Shown: positions 12,283 to 20,718, numbered from the stretch's first letter. The stretch is 64,000 nt of DNA from Candidatus Moraniibacteriota bacterium (GCA_052035095.1 JBPOHW010000007.1:65705-129704), one strand, 5' to 3'. Translations and numbers: made by a program. The notes: a model not told the origin generated them from the letters alone.

Positions 12283-12569
12283 TTCAAAAATTTTTTATTT
12301 CCATTCCCACTTCGAGCACTTGTAGGACGCATCTCTCGCACAAAGGGCTGAGAGCATTTATCAATGAACTGTCCCTTTCCCGAAAAGTGAGAAAGAACAT
12401 TCCGGATTTACTCTATTTTTGTTCTACAATTTCGTTCCACAATGGGGATTATAGCAACATCATAGTCTATTTCTCCATTTAAATATGGCACTTTCCAGCA
12501 ATATTATAGTTTGACGATCTTGTGAAACATGGTACGATACCCAAAAAGTCCACTCTTTTGTTGAAAGCT

Positions 12570-12578
12570 TGTGGATAA
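12570..12578. promoter_or_regulatory. perfect DnaA-box 9-mer TGTGGATAA
   Basis: exact match to consensus TTATCCACA (reverse orientation), located between parS array and tRNA-Ala. Confidence 0.3.
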
Positions 12579-12588
12579 GTCTAAAAAA

Positions 12589-12661
12589 GGGCCGTTAGCT
12601 CATTTGGTAGAGCACTTCCATGGCATGGAAGGGGTGAGGAGTTCGAATCTCCTACGGTCCA
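12589..12661 (+). tRNA. tRNA-Ala (anticodon GGC)
   Basis: acceptor GGGCCGT with G3:U70 Ala identity pair, anticodon loop ATGGCAT, T loop AGTTCGAATCT. Confidence 0.8.
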
Positions 12662-12669
12662 CTTTTTTC

Positions 12670-12741
12670 GCCCCTGTAGTTCAATGGATAGAACAGATCC
12701 GTCCTAAGGATGAGATAGAGGTTCGATTCCTCTCGGGGGCA
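12670..12741 (+). tRNA. tRNA-Arg (anticodon CCU)
   Basis: acceptor GCCCCTG/CGGGGGC, anticodon loop GTCCTAA, T loop GGTTCGATTCC; 8 nt after tRNA-Ala. Confidence 0.75.
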
Positions 12742-12829
12742 CCGCAAAGACGAAAATCCACAAGACAAGGAACACTTGATACTCTGAAAAGAAGTTGCTA
12801 TGATGCAACTTCTTTTCAGGGAAAAAATT

Positions 12830-13186
12830 ATGTCATCTTTACGACTCGAAAAGATAAATAGCCTCATCCGAGAAGAGCTCGGAAAACTTTTCTTAACTGA
12901 AACTAGCCTCAAAGGAGGTGTCTTTGTAACCATTGCGAAAGTGCGTGTCACACCTGACATACGAAATGCCTTCGTTTCCATCAGTGTATTTCCGGAACAC
13001 GAAACCGAATACACTCTGAAATCACTTCAAAAAGAACTTTCTAAAATTCAACAGCACCTCAATCTGCGTCTCTCCATGCGGCCGCTCCCGCGCCTCATTC
13101 TCGAAAGCGACGAGACTGAACAACAGGCGCAAGCCGTTGAGGAAGCAATCTCTGTTCTCAAAAAAGAACGCGAACCCAGACTATGA
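12830..13186 (+). CDS. rbfA: ribosome-binding factor A
   Basis: about 118 aa from MSSLRLEKINSLIREELG..; RbfA-like KH fold signature; ORF-track start at 12800 is probably an upstream extension. Confidence 0.7.
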   Translation: MSSLRLEKINSLIREELGKLFLTETSLKGGVFVTIAKVRVTPDIRNAFVSISVFPEHETEYTLKSLQKELSKIQQHLNLRLSMRPLPRLILESDETEQQAQAVEEAISVLKKEREPRL

Positions 13187-14151
13187 AACCGTTTACCGCC
13201 GAATTTCGAACGCTTCTCTACATTATTCGAAAATCACCCTCTTTTCTCCTTTTCGCGCACACGCGTCCGGACGCGGATACTGTCGGAGCAACACTGGCAC
13301 TTGCAGCCTTCCTAAAGGAAGAGGGGCGAGAGGTCGCCATCGCTTGTTTTGACCCGTTTCCGCCAAACCTTAACACCCTCTTTTCGGACACGAACGAGAC
13401 ATTCCTTCATCCAGATCAGCTCAATCTCGATCATTATGAAACCATAATCGCTTGCGACTCGGCAGACCGAGGATTTGATCGGATCGCCTCACGGCTCAAC
13501 AAAAAACAAACAACCGTCATACTTGATCATCACCCGGATATCGCAGTCTCAAGCGATCTCCTGATACTTGATTCGGGCGCTTCATCCACATGTGAAATTC
13601 TGCACAATTTCTTTGAAAAATCGGGTATCGCCATAACCAAACAGATGGCAACCGCGCTTCTTACGGGTATAATCTTTGATACCGGAAACTTCCAACACAT
13701 CTGCACCACACCACGCGTCATGGAAGTAGCGAGCGATCTCGCAAAGAAAGGCGCTCCTCTCGGGAAAATCGTCGACGCCATCTTTACCAACAAGAGCATA
13801 CCGGCGCTCCGACTCTGGGGAAAAGCTTTCGAACGCTCCGTTTTCAATGAAAAAAACGGGATGCTCCTCACAGTCATTACCGCAAAGGACGTCGAGGAAT
13901 GCAAAGCATCGATAGAAGATATCTATAATGTTACTTCAATCTTGAGCACCGTCCCTGAAGCAAAGTTTGCCATGGTCATTTCCGAGCGCGATCATGAGAC
14001 GGTACGAGCCAGCTTGCGTTCTATGGAGAATCACAACATCGATGTCTCCGCGATCGCTCATCAATTTGGCGGGGGCGGACACCGGCTCGCGAGCGGTTTT
14101 GAAATTCCCGGGGAACTGACAAAAACAGAGACCGGCTGGGTCGTGATATAA
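13183..14151 (+). CDS. nrnA: DHH-family phosphoesterase (NrnA-like oligoribonuclease/pAp phosphatase)
   Basis: DHH motifs RPDADTVG and ILDHHPD; rbfA-nrnA adjacency is common. Confidence 0.7.
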   Translation: MKPFTAEFRTLLYIIRKSPSFLLFAHTRPDADTVGATLALAAFLKEEGREVAIACFDPFPPNLNTLFSDTNETFLHPDQLNLDHYETIIACDSADRGFDRIASRLNKKQTTVILDHHPDIAVSSDLLILDSGASSTCEILHNFFEKSGIAITKQMATALLTGIIFDTGNFQHICTTPRVMEVASDLAKKGAPLGKIVDAIFTNKSIPALRLWGKAFERSVFNEKNGMLLTVITAKDVEECKASIEDIYNVTSILSTVPEAKFAMVISERDHETVRASLRSMENHNIDVSAIAHQFGGGGHRLASGFEIPGELTKTETGWVVI

Positions 14152-14200
14152 TGCATCCGCCATTCGAAATTGTCTTTTCCACATAATATCCACAGAATCT

Positions 14201-14815
14201 ATGGGTGATGACGGAAATAGGGAAGAGAAATTGCAAGCCCTCCTCAAGCTCAACCAGGAGATGGCACGGCTATGTACCTGCAAACTCAAAGAAACGGCAA
14301 TCAATGTTGTCCCCGGCATTGGAAGCGCCTCGGCGCGACTCCTCTTTATCGGAGAAGCGCCGGGAAAAAAGGAGGATGAAACCGGAAAACCCTTCGTAGG
14401 CGCGGCAGGGAAGTTTCTCGACGAGATGCTCACATCAATCAGCCTCGATCGAAATGACATTTACATTACCAATGTCGTCAAGTACCGCCCGCCCAACAAT
14501 CGCGACCCGCTCCCGGAAGAAGTTGCCGCCTGCTGGCCATGGCTCCGCGCGCAAGTCGAACTCATTAATCCCGCGCTCATCATCCTCCTCGGACGCCACG
14601 CGCTCGAACGTTTTGTTCCCGGAAAGCTCATCTCAGTAGAACATGGCAAAGCCTTCCGTCGCGCCGTTCCCGATCTCGGTACCTATGTGTTCTTTGCCCT
14701 CTACCACCCCGCCGCCGCACTCTACAACGGCAGTATGCGAGAGACTCTCCTCAAAGACTTTGCAAAAATTCCAAAAATACTGGAAAAACTCAAAAAAGAA
14801 AAACAAGGCTTATAA
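14201..14815 (+). CDS. uracil-DNA glycosylase, family 4
   Basis: motif A FIGEAPG and motif B region YHPAAALYN. Confidence 0.75.
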   Translation: MGDDGNREEKLQALLKLNQEMARLCTCKLKETAINVVPGIGSASARLLFIGEAPGKKEDETGKPFVGAAGKFLDEMLTSISLDRNDIYITNVVKYRPPNNRDPLPEEVAACWPWLRAQVELINPALIILLGRHALERFVPGKLISVEHGKAFRRAVPDLGTYVFFALYHPAAALYNGSMRETLLKDFAKIPKILEKLKKEKQGL

Positions 14816-14828
14816 GCCTTGTTTTTGT
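14801..14828. terminator. intrinsic terminator (aaacaaggcttataagccttgttt + T-run), overlaps UDG stop and abuts tRNA-Leu 3' end
   Basis: perfect hairpin read directly. Confidence 0.6.
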
Positions 14829-14829
14829 G

Positions 14830-14913
14830 TGGGCAAGGAGGGACTCGAACCCTCACGTCCCAAAGGACAATGAATTTTAAGTCCATTGCGTCTACCAGTT
14901 CCGCCACTCGCCC
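14830..14913 (-). tRNA. tRNA-Leu (anticodon UAA), class II with long variable arm
   Basis: reverse complement gives GGGCGAGTGGCGGAACTGGTAGACGC..anticodon loop CTTAAAA..long variable arm..GGGTTCGAGTCCC. Confidence 0.8.
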
Positions 14914-14997
14914 CGCTGTCGCAACGTTCGGCAATCAGCTGTCAGCGTTCAGCTTTCGGGGGAAAAACCACTGTTGATTGCTGAAAGCTGGAACATG

Positions 14998-15068
14998 AGG
15001 CCGGAAGGAGAATTGAACTCCTGTACGAGGTTTTGCAGACCTCTCCCTCACCACTCGGGCATCCGGCC
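14998..15068 (-). tRNA. tRNA-Cys (anticodon GCA)
   Basis: reverse complement: acceptor GGCCGGA/TCCGGCC, anticodon loop CTGCAAA, discriminator U73 (Cys identity), T loop AGTTCAATTCT. Confidence 0.75.
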
Positions 15069-15155
15069 AATATCCGAAGACTACCAAATGCGCACAGAAG
15101 CGTCAACGAAAATCAAAAACGCTCCACAGTGGGAGCGTTTTTGAGTGTTTTGCTT

Positions 15156-15692
15156 TTATTGCACCACCTCGGCGAGGAGATTTCTCCGACCGAAAGCGAA
15201 CGCTTGTTTTTTAGTTTCCACGTATATATCGAAGTGATTGCCCTTTATGGCGCCACCGCGGTCTTCACAGGTGTACACCCCATATCCCTCAATCGCAATT
15301 TTCACTCCAAAGGGATACATCGGGGGACAGGCAAGCGTTCGATTTTCCGCTACTTTCACTCCTGACGCCGTAATACCGTCAGACTTCCCGCATTCATCCG
15401 CCGCCGCCGTATAGGCAGAAGCGTTGATGACAAATTTTTCTTCAGGAAGAGCTTTCCACAAATGCGCCTGTTTCAGCCTCCACCGCGCAAGCGATTGCTC
15501 CCGCATATCGGAAACTGATACATCTTTTTTCATCTCGAGAGTTGATTGTTCGAGAACATCGCCCCAGGTCACTAATTTTGTTTCATTTTGACCAACTTCT
15601 GTTTTGGTATCGGTATCAATCTCCGCCCGCGCCACCCCCGAAAAGCCGAGGAAAAGAAGCACAAGGAGGATCAGGGTACCAAAATACCGCAT
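15156..15692 (-). CDS. secreted 3D-domain protein (MltA-like fold, cell-wall associated)
   Basis: signal peptide; C-terminal 3D-domain signature ..TASGVKV..RTLACP..FGVKIAIEGYGVYTCEDRGGAIKGNHFDIY. Confidence 0.65.
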   Translation of the reverse strand: MRYFGTLILLVLLFLGFSGVARAEIDTDTKTEVGQNETKLVTWGDVLEQSTLEMKKDVSVSDMREQSLARWRLKQAHLWKALPEEKFVINASAYTAAADECGKSDGITASGVKVAENRTLACPPMYPFGVKIAIEGYGVYTCEDRGGAIKGNHFDIYVETKKQAFAFGRRNLLAEVVQ

Positions 15693-15992
15693 AGAATATC
15701 CTCAAGAATTAACCCGGATTTTCTAAGAACAAGCCTCCAAAAAGCCACATTTCCGGTGCCTCGCCCTTTCGGACTCGACTTGCCATACTAGCATAGAATA
15801 CTCAAAATGTCAATGAATCATAACGAAAAAAATAGATATTTTTGCCTTTATAGAGCCATATTTCTACACTCAAACCGCAAAAATACGCCATCTTTTGAAA
15901 GAAAGTTAGCCTATTCAAGTCAAACCACTCAAAAAGAAAACCCCCGCCAAGCTACGACGAGGGAACAGACGAAAAAATAGGGGGGTATATAA

Positions 15993-16394
15993 CTAACTCG
16001 CAAAAACTTCTCGAACGACGCCGGCGACCTTCCGCGGCGTTGTCAATGCCTTGATAAGAAAAAATCGTGTATTAAATTCACCAGCCGCCCGAAACGAGTC
16101 CTCATTATCGGTATTACTCAAAATAACCACCGGAATTCTGGAAATAGCCTTGTCCTCCGCGATCGCGCGAAGTACCGCGAAGCCGTCCATAACCGGCATT
16201 TGAAGGTCTAGCAGGATTACATCCGGATGTTCAGCACGAATGAGCGCAAGTCCCGCCTCGCCATTATCCGCCGAGACGACATCAAATCCCTCAGAGACAA
16301 GCCCCGTCGTGTACATCTCGCGGATATCATCCTCATCATCAATGAGGCACACCTTAAACCGCTGTGCAGACAATTCCGGCGCCGGATCTTTCAT
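15993..16394 (-). CDS. single-domain response regulator (CheY-like receiver)
   Basis: receiver motifs DDEDD and phosphoacceptor region VILLDLQMPVMDG, 133 aa, no output domain. Confidence 0.85.
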   Translation of the reverse strand: MKDPAPELSAQRFKVCLIDDEDDIREMYTTGLVSEGFDVVSADNGEAGLALIRAEHPDVILLDLQMPVMDGFAVLRAIAEDKAISRIPVVILSNTDNEDSFRAAGEFNTRFFLIKALTTPRKVAGVVREVFAS

Positions 16395-16502
16395 AGGAAA
16401 GAATGTAAGAAGTTAGCTTTCGAGCACCCGCATTATACCACATTCAAATAACAGGCCTTGAAAACACTTTCAATCATTCATTCTTTGTTTTTTGTTCAAT
16501 CT

Positions 16503-17051
16503 TTACATTTTCCGCAGAATATCCGTGACGGCATTTTTGATATTCTCATTCCAGTCATGTCCAGCCGCAACTTCTCTCACGTCATAATTCTGCTCTCGTA
16601 AAATGGAGATATCTTCTTCGGTGCAAAAATAGGCATCGTGATCACCCCTGATTATGATAAGATTCTCTTTGGGAATTTTCTGAAATTCCTTAAGGATATC
16701 AAGTTTAAGCAGTTGAAGCGCCGTTCTCATATTGCCAAACCAAAAGGTGCTGGGCACAAGTTTCTTTTTGCTAATGCCTTCAAAAATAAGAAACCGTATC
16801 CAACGAAAAAACAATGACACGATTTTTCTTTTCTTAATGAGTGGATTGATAAGAATGAATCGGCACGAAGGATCAACAGTCCCGCTCAAAATAAAGTGGA
16901 CCCCCAAACTATGCCCGATAAACACCCGAGCGGTCGGAAAAACTTCCCTTTGCCCGCACCAAATATCAGCGCCGCGGTACGTGCCATAGTTTTTCACATA
17001 TTGCCCCGTCCCGGGCACCAGAAACGCCTCTTCATCCTTCACCATAACCAT
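16503..17051 (-). CDS. small alpha/beta-hydrolase (YdeN/RBBP9-like serine hydrolase)
   Basis: about 180 aa with nucleophile elbow HSLGV (GxSxG). Confidence 0.45.
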   Translation of the reverse strand: MVMVKDEEAFLVPGTGQYVKNYGTYRGADIWCGQREVFPTARVFIGHSLGVHFILSGTVDPSCRFILINPLIKKRKIVSLFFRWIRFLIFEGISKKKLVPSTFWFGNMRTALQLLKLDILKEFQKIPKENLIIIRGDHDAYFCTEEDISILREQNYDVREVAAGHDWNENIKNAVTDILRKM

Positions 17052-17136
17052 TTCTCACAAAATTATTCCTCATCCTCTCCACAAGTATACCAAAAAAAGA
17101 AACATCCCCACACAAATGGGGATATTTCTTTTTCTG

Positions 17137-17208
17137 AGCGGGTAACGGGAGTCGAACCCGTATCTTAACCTTAGCAAGGTTACATAATAGCCGCTATACG
17201 ATACCCGC
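17137..17208 (-). tRNA. class-I (short variable arm) tRNA with anticodon GCU; non-canonical for tRNA-Ser
   Basis: reverse complement GCGGGTATCGTATAGCGGCTATTATGTAACCTTGCTAAGGTTAAGATACGGGTTCGACTCCCGTTACCCGC; anticodon loop TTGCTAA; 4-nt variable loop; discriminator U. Confidence 0.55.
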
Positions 17209-17296
17209 TTCGCGAACATCTCAACAGAAAAAGATCCCTCCCTATATTTTCGCTCTCTTGGATTGTACAATATCCTCTCTTTTTGGCAATTCCTTG

Positions 17297-17368
17297 TGGG
17301 ACCGGCTGGATTCGGACCAGCGACCAAGAGATTATGAGTCCCCTGCTCTACCGCTGAGCTACGGTCCC
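17297..17368 (-). tRNA. tRNA with CAU anticodon (elongator Met or Ile2/lysidine)
   Basis: reverse complement GGGACCGTAGCTCAGCGGTAGAGC..loop CTCATAA..GGTCCGAATCC; G1:C72 so not initiator. Confidence 0.7.
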
Positions 17369-17383
17369 TGGACGAACAAAATG

Positions 17384-17458
17384 TGGTGCCGAGGGGGAGA
17401 ATCGAACTCCCGACACGAAGATTTTCAGTCTTCTGCTCTACCACTGAGCTACCTCGGC
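17384..17458 (-). tRNA. tRNA-Phe (anticodon GAA), CCA encoded
   Basis: reverse complement GCCGAGGTAGCTCAGTGGTAGAGCAGAAGACTGAAAATCTTC..GAGTTCGATTCTCCCCCTCGGCACCA. Confidence 0.85.
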
Positions 17459-17505
17459 GGCTCCGTAACTGACAACGAACAACTATCAACTAACAACACC
17501 CCCTG

Positions 17506-17579
17506 TGGACAATGCTGGACTCGAACCAGCGACCTCCTCGGTGTAAACGAGGCGCTCTAACCAACTGAGCTAATTGTCC
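17506..17579 (-). tRNA. tRNA-Val (anticodon UAC)
   Basis: reverse complement GGACAATTAGCTCAGTTGGTTAGAGCGCCTCGTTTACACCGAGG..GGTTCGAGTCC. Confidence 0.8.
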
Positions 17580-17627
17580 AAAGCGTACACAAAAAAAAGA
17601 AAAGGAGCAACCCCACGGCGTCAGCAT

Positions 17628-17653
17628 ACCAGAAAAAAACAAAAAGCCAAGGG
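17628..17653. repeat. 26-bp direct repeat ACCAGAAAAAAACAAAAAGCCAAGGG (copy 1; copy 2 at 19051-19076)
   Basis: identical 26-mers flanking purD, read directly. Confidence 0.8.
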
Positions 17654-17660
17654 GAAATCA

Positions 17661-17700
17661 AAAAAAAAAAACGCCCCATGTCTCAAGGAAACATAGGGCG
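17661..17700 (-). terminator. intrinsic terminator of purD (hairpin cgccctatgt..acatggggcg + T12 on minus strand)
   Basis: read directly. Confidence 0.55.
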
Positions 17701-17706
17701 CATCTA

Positions 17707-18990
17707 TCAGAATACCAATCCAAGGGCTTTCGCGCCAATGTCACGGCGATAATACATCCCTTCAAACTCAATACATCGCACCGCTTCGTATGCGCGATCA
17801 AGCGCGGATTGAAGCGTTTCGCCTCTTGCGGATACACCCAACACTCGACCGCCGGACGTTTTCAGTATTCCGCCATCAAAACTCGTCCCCGCATGAAACA
17901 CAACGACACCCGGCACCTGTTCCGCCTCAGCCATGCCATAAATCGGCATACCTTTTCGGTATTTTCCGGGATAACCGCCAGAGACAATAGTCACGCACAC
18001 CGCAAAACCGGAGTACCACTCAAGGGTGAGTTTGGCGAGTGTTCCGTCAACACATGCCTCTAAAAGATCGAGCAAATCGGTTTTGAGAAAACGCATAAAA
18101 CTCTGCGCTTCAGGATCACCGAATCTCGCATTGAACTCCAATACTTTCGGTCCGTCACTTGTCATTTTAAGTCCAGGATACAACAATCCTGTAAATGACC
18201 GCTTGCGATTTGCCAGCGCTTCAAGTGTCGGTCGAACAATACGCTCGCCAAAAACCCGCAAAGTATCCACACTCACCCATGGAACAGGGACAATTGTACC
18301 CATACCGCCGGTATTTTCCCCTTTGTCGCCGTCGCATATCGATTTATGGTCTTGTGCGGGTGGAAACAAGACGAAACTCTCTCCATCGCACAATGCATGA
18401 ATGGAAATTTCTTGACCATCAAGAAATTCCTCAATAATCACTTCCTCACCCGCATTCCCATAGACACGCTCAAGCATAATTTGCGTAAGCGCACCTTCCG
18501 CTTGCGCAAATGTTTTGCAAACATACACGCCCTTACCGAGCGCGAGTCCGTTTGCCTTAATGACAATGGGTATGCCACGTTCACGCACATACGCAAGCGC
18601 TCGGTCATATTCGCTAAAATTCTGGAATGGAGCGGTCGGTATCCCAGCTTCACTCGTTAAATTTTTTGCAAATATTTTTGACGATTCAATTTCTGCAGCA
18701 ACACGAGTCGGTCCGAAAATCGACAATCCCTGTGCGCGAAACACGTCGACGATGCCAAGGGCAAGCGAATCATCAGGTCCGACAATGGTCAAATCGATCC
18801 CATTTTCCTTGGTGAATTGCAGAAGCTTGCTTATATCAGTGGCATCAATCGGAACATTTTCCGCAAAGCTCTGTGTACCGCCATTTCCCGGAGACGCGTA
18901 AAGTCTCCCGATACGAGGTGACTGCGCAAGTTTCCATACAAGTGCATGCTCTCTTCCGCCACTTCCAATAACTAAGACGTTTGTGCTCAT
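17707..18990 (-). CDS. purD: phosphoribosylamine--glycine ligase (GAR synthetase)
   Basis: start MSTNVLVIGSGGREHALVWKL.. (PurD N-terminal signature), ATP-grasp domain; ORF-track N-terminal extension to 19158 judged spurious. Confidence 0.85.
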   Translation of the reverse strand: MSTNVLVIGSGGREHALVWKLAQSPRIGRLYASPGNGGTQSFAENVPIDATDISKLLQFTKENGIDLTIVGPDDSLALGIVDVFRAQGLSIFGPTRVAAEIESSKIFAKNLTSEAGIPTAPFQNFSEYDRALAYVRERGIPIVIKANGLALGKGVYVCKTFAQAEGALTQIMLERVYGNAGEEVIIEEFLDGQEISIHALCDGESFVLFPPAQDHKSICDGDKGENTGGMGTIVPVPWVSVDTLRVFGERIVRPTLEALANRKRSFTGLLYPGLKMTSDGPKVLEFNARFGDPEAQSFMRFLKTDLLDLLEACVDGTLAKLTLEWYSGFAVCVTIVSGGYPGKYRKGMPIYGMAEAEQVPGVVVFHAGTSFDGGILKTSGGRVLGVSARGETLQSALDRAYEAVRCIEFEGMYYRRDIGAKALGLVF

Positions 18991-19050
18991 TACTTTCCCC
19001 TGGGCTTGAAAGTTGCTCTTTAAAGAACTAGATTCAGTATAACTTATGCC

Positions 19051-19076
19051 ACCAGAAAAAAACAAAAAGCCAAGGG
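19051..19076. repeat. 26-bp direct repeat, copy 2 (see 17628-17653)
   Basis: identical to copy 1. Confidence 0.8.
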
Positions 19077-19102
19077 CAAAAACCCTCGACCTTTTGTCTT
19101 TC

Positions 19103-19192
19103 TGTGGGGATAGAGGGACTCGCCCCGTCATTCGACGGGGCGCCATGTCGAATGACATGGCGAACCCTCACGCCACAAGGGTCCCCGCACCA
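19103..19192 (-). pseudogene. truncated tRNA-Leu 3' fragment (variable arm + T arm + acceptor 3' strand) interrupted in the T loop by a 40-nt double-hairpin insertion
   Basis: 19103-19122 and 19163-19184 nearly identical to 3' part of the adjacent tRNA-Leu gene; insert 19123-19162 is two hairpins sharing a 10-bp core in opposite orientation (gtcattcgac / gtcgaatgac). Confidence 0.6.
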
Positions 19193-19216
19193 TTTTTTTC
19201 AATTTACATTTTCTTC

Positions 19217-19301
19217 TGGTGGGGATAGAGGGACTCGAACCCTCATGCCACAAGGGCCACGCCCCTCAAACGTGTGTGTATACCAATTCCACCATATCCC
19301 C
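19217..19301 (-). tRNA. tRNA-Leu (anticodon GAG), class II, CCA encoded
   Basis: reverse complement GGGGATATGGTGGAATTGGTATACAC..anticodon region TTGAGGG..long variable arm..GGGTTCGAGTCCCTCTATCCCCACCA. Confidence 0.75.
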
Positions 19302-19308
19302 ATTTTCT

Positions 19309-19764
19309 CTATTTCGCTGTTTCTTGAGCGGTTTCACTCTCGGCAACTGCGGGCTCGGCAAGGACTGAAGCGGCGGTTTTTTTGGAGGGCTTTGTAATCG
19401 TCATACCCTTGGCAGGAATTTCTTTGAGTTTGCGACTCAAGACCTTGGCAGACTTGTCGCGCACATAGTAAAGCTTGGAGCGACCGGCCTTGGTGCGCTT
19501 CACAAACTCAATCTTCTCAATCTGAGGCGAATCAACGGGAAAAATAAATTCCACTCCGACACCAAAAGACACTTTGCGCACCGTAAGCGTCGGAGACGAG
19601 CTCTGCCCGCCTTTCTTGGCAATAATCATCCCTTCGAAGATCTGCGTCCGCTCTTTGCCACCTTCTTTGATCTTGCGCGTCACACGCACGACATCACCCG
19701 TCCGAACCGGCGGAATATCGGTGCGGCGCTGGGAAAGATTGAATTCGATAAGCTTCTGATCCAT
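19309..19764 (-). CDS. rplS: 50S ribosomal protein L19 with C-terminal extension
   Basis: N-terminal about 115 aa matches L19 signature (..RTGDVVRVTRKIKEGGKERTQIFEGMIIAKKGG..TLTVRKVSFGVGVE). Confidence 0.85.
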   Translation of the reverse strand: MDQKLIEFNLSQRRTDIPPVRTGDVVRVTRKIKEGGKERTQIFEGMIIAKKGGQSSSPTLTVRKVSFGVGVEFIFPVDSPQIEKIEFVKRTKAGRSKLYYVRDKSAKVLSRKLKEIPAKGMTITKPSKKTAASVLAEPAVAESETAQETAK

Positions 19765-19961
19765 ACTCGTGCCAAATAAGTAAAAAGGTGAGTCGAAAGA
19801 AAAACACCCCCGAAAGGGTCCTGACGCTTCGTACTTGCCACTCTAAAAGATATTTCGGATTTCGTCAATACGAGAGCATTCGGGGACAAAAACATCTCGA
19901 CAAAGAGAAAACCGTGTGATAGCATAGGGAAGCGCCGGGAAAATATTTCCCGAGATTTCTT

Positions 19962-20624
19962 TTGACTTCTTGTATGAATATCCAGTACTACGGCGATTTT
20001 TGTTTCAAAATAACCACCAAGCCCGGCGGTCGCGCGACAGACGATATCGTCATCGTCATCGACCCCTGTGAAAAGGATACGGGACTTCGCGCGCCACAGG
20101 GACAAATCGACCTTGTTCTCAAGACGCATTCAAGTGAGAAAGATCGCGACCTCCCCGAAGAAACAAACCTTTTTGACTGCCCGGGCGAATACGATGTGCG
20201 TGGCATTCCCATTTTCGGTCTCCCGTCTTTTCGCGATGAGGAATCCGGCGCGCTCCGCGGGAAAAACACCCTCTTTACGCTCCAAAGCGAAGACATCGTC
20301 CTCTGTCATTTGGGCGCATTGGGACACGAGCTCTCCTTGAACACCATCGAAAAACTCGGCCATATCGACATTCTCTTTGTTCCGGTCGGAAACAAAGACA
20401 CGCTTGCTATCAAGCATCTCGACGAACTCGTTCGAAAAATAGAGCCGGCCATCGTCATTCCCATGCACTACAAATTTCCCGGATTCGAGACCGAGAGCGA
20501 AGATGAAAAAGAATTCTGCAAGCACGTCGGCAATTGCCCGGAAACATCACTTCCAAAGCTCACACTCAAAAAGAAAGACCTGGAAGGAAAAAATATGGAG
20601 GTCGTGATCCTTGAACGGGCATAG
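19962..20624 (+). CDS. MBL-fold metal-dependent hydrolase (UPF0173-like)
   Basis: 220 aa, His/Asp-containing beta-lactamase-fold motifs (VIDP.., HLGALGH, IPMHY). Confidence 0.45.
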   Translation: MTSCMNIQYYGDFCFKITTKPGGRATDDIVIVIDPCEKDTGLRAPQGQIDLVLKTHSSEKDRDLPEETNLFDCPGEYDVRGIPIFGLPSFRDEESGALRGKNTLFTLQSEDIVLCHLGALGHELSLNTIEKLGHIDILFVPVGNKDTLAIKHLDELVRKIEPAIVIPMHYKFPGFETESEDEKEFCKHVGNCPETSLPKLTLKKKDLEGKNMEVVILERA

Positions 20625-20697
20625 AGCGTGTTGAAAAAGCATCAAAGCGGAACATCTTGCGCAAAGTTTTTTGGGGAAAATTGTTTTTTTGCGGCTT

Positions 20698-20718
20698 TCC
20701 TGCCTTGCCGGCAGGCAG
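20698..20718. repeat. REP-like palindrome CCTGCCTTGCCGGCAGGCAGG (related copies at 42901 and 46852)
   Basis: read directly. Confidence 0.6.

Noticed and set aside
18991-19158. N-terminal 56-codon extension of the purD ORF
   Set aside because: PurD signature begins at MSTNVLVIGSGG; the extension overlaps the 26-bp repeat and lacks an RBS context, so the shorter start was preferred
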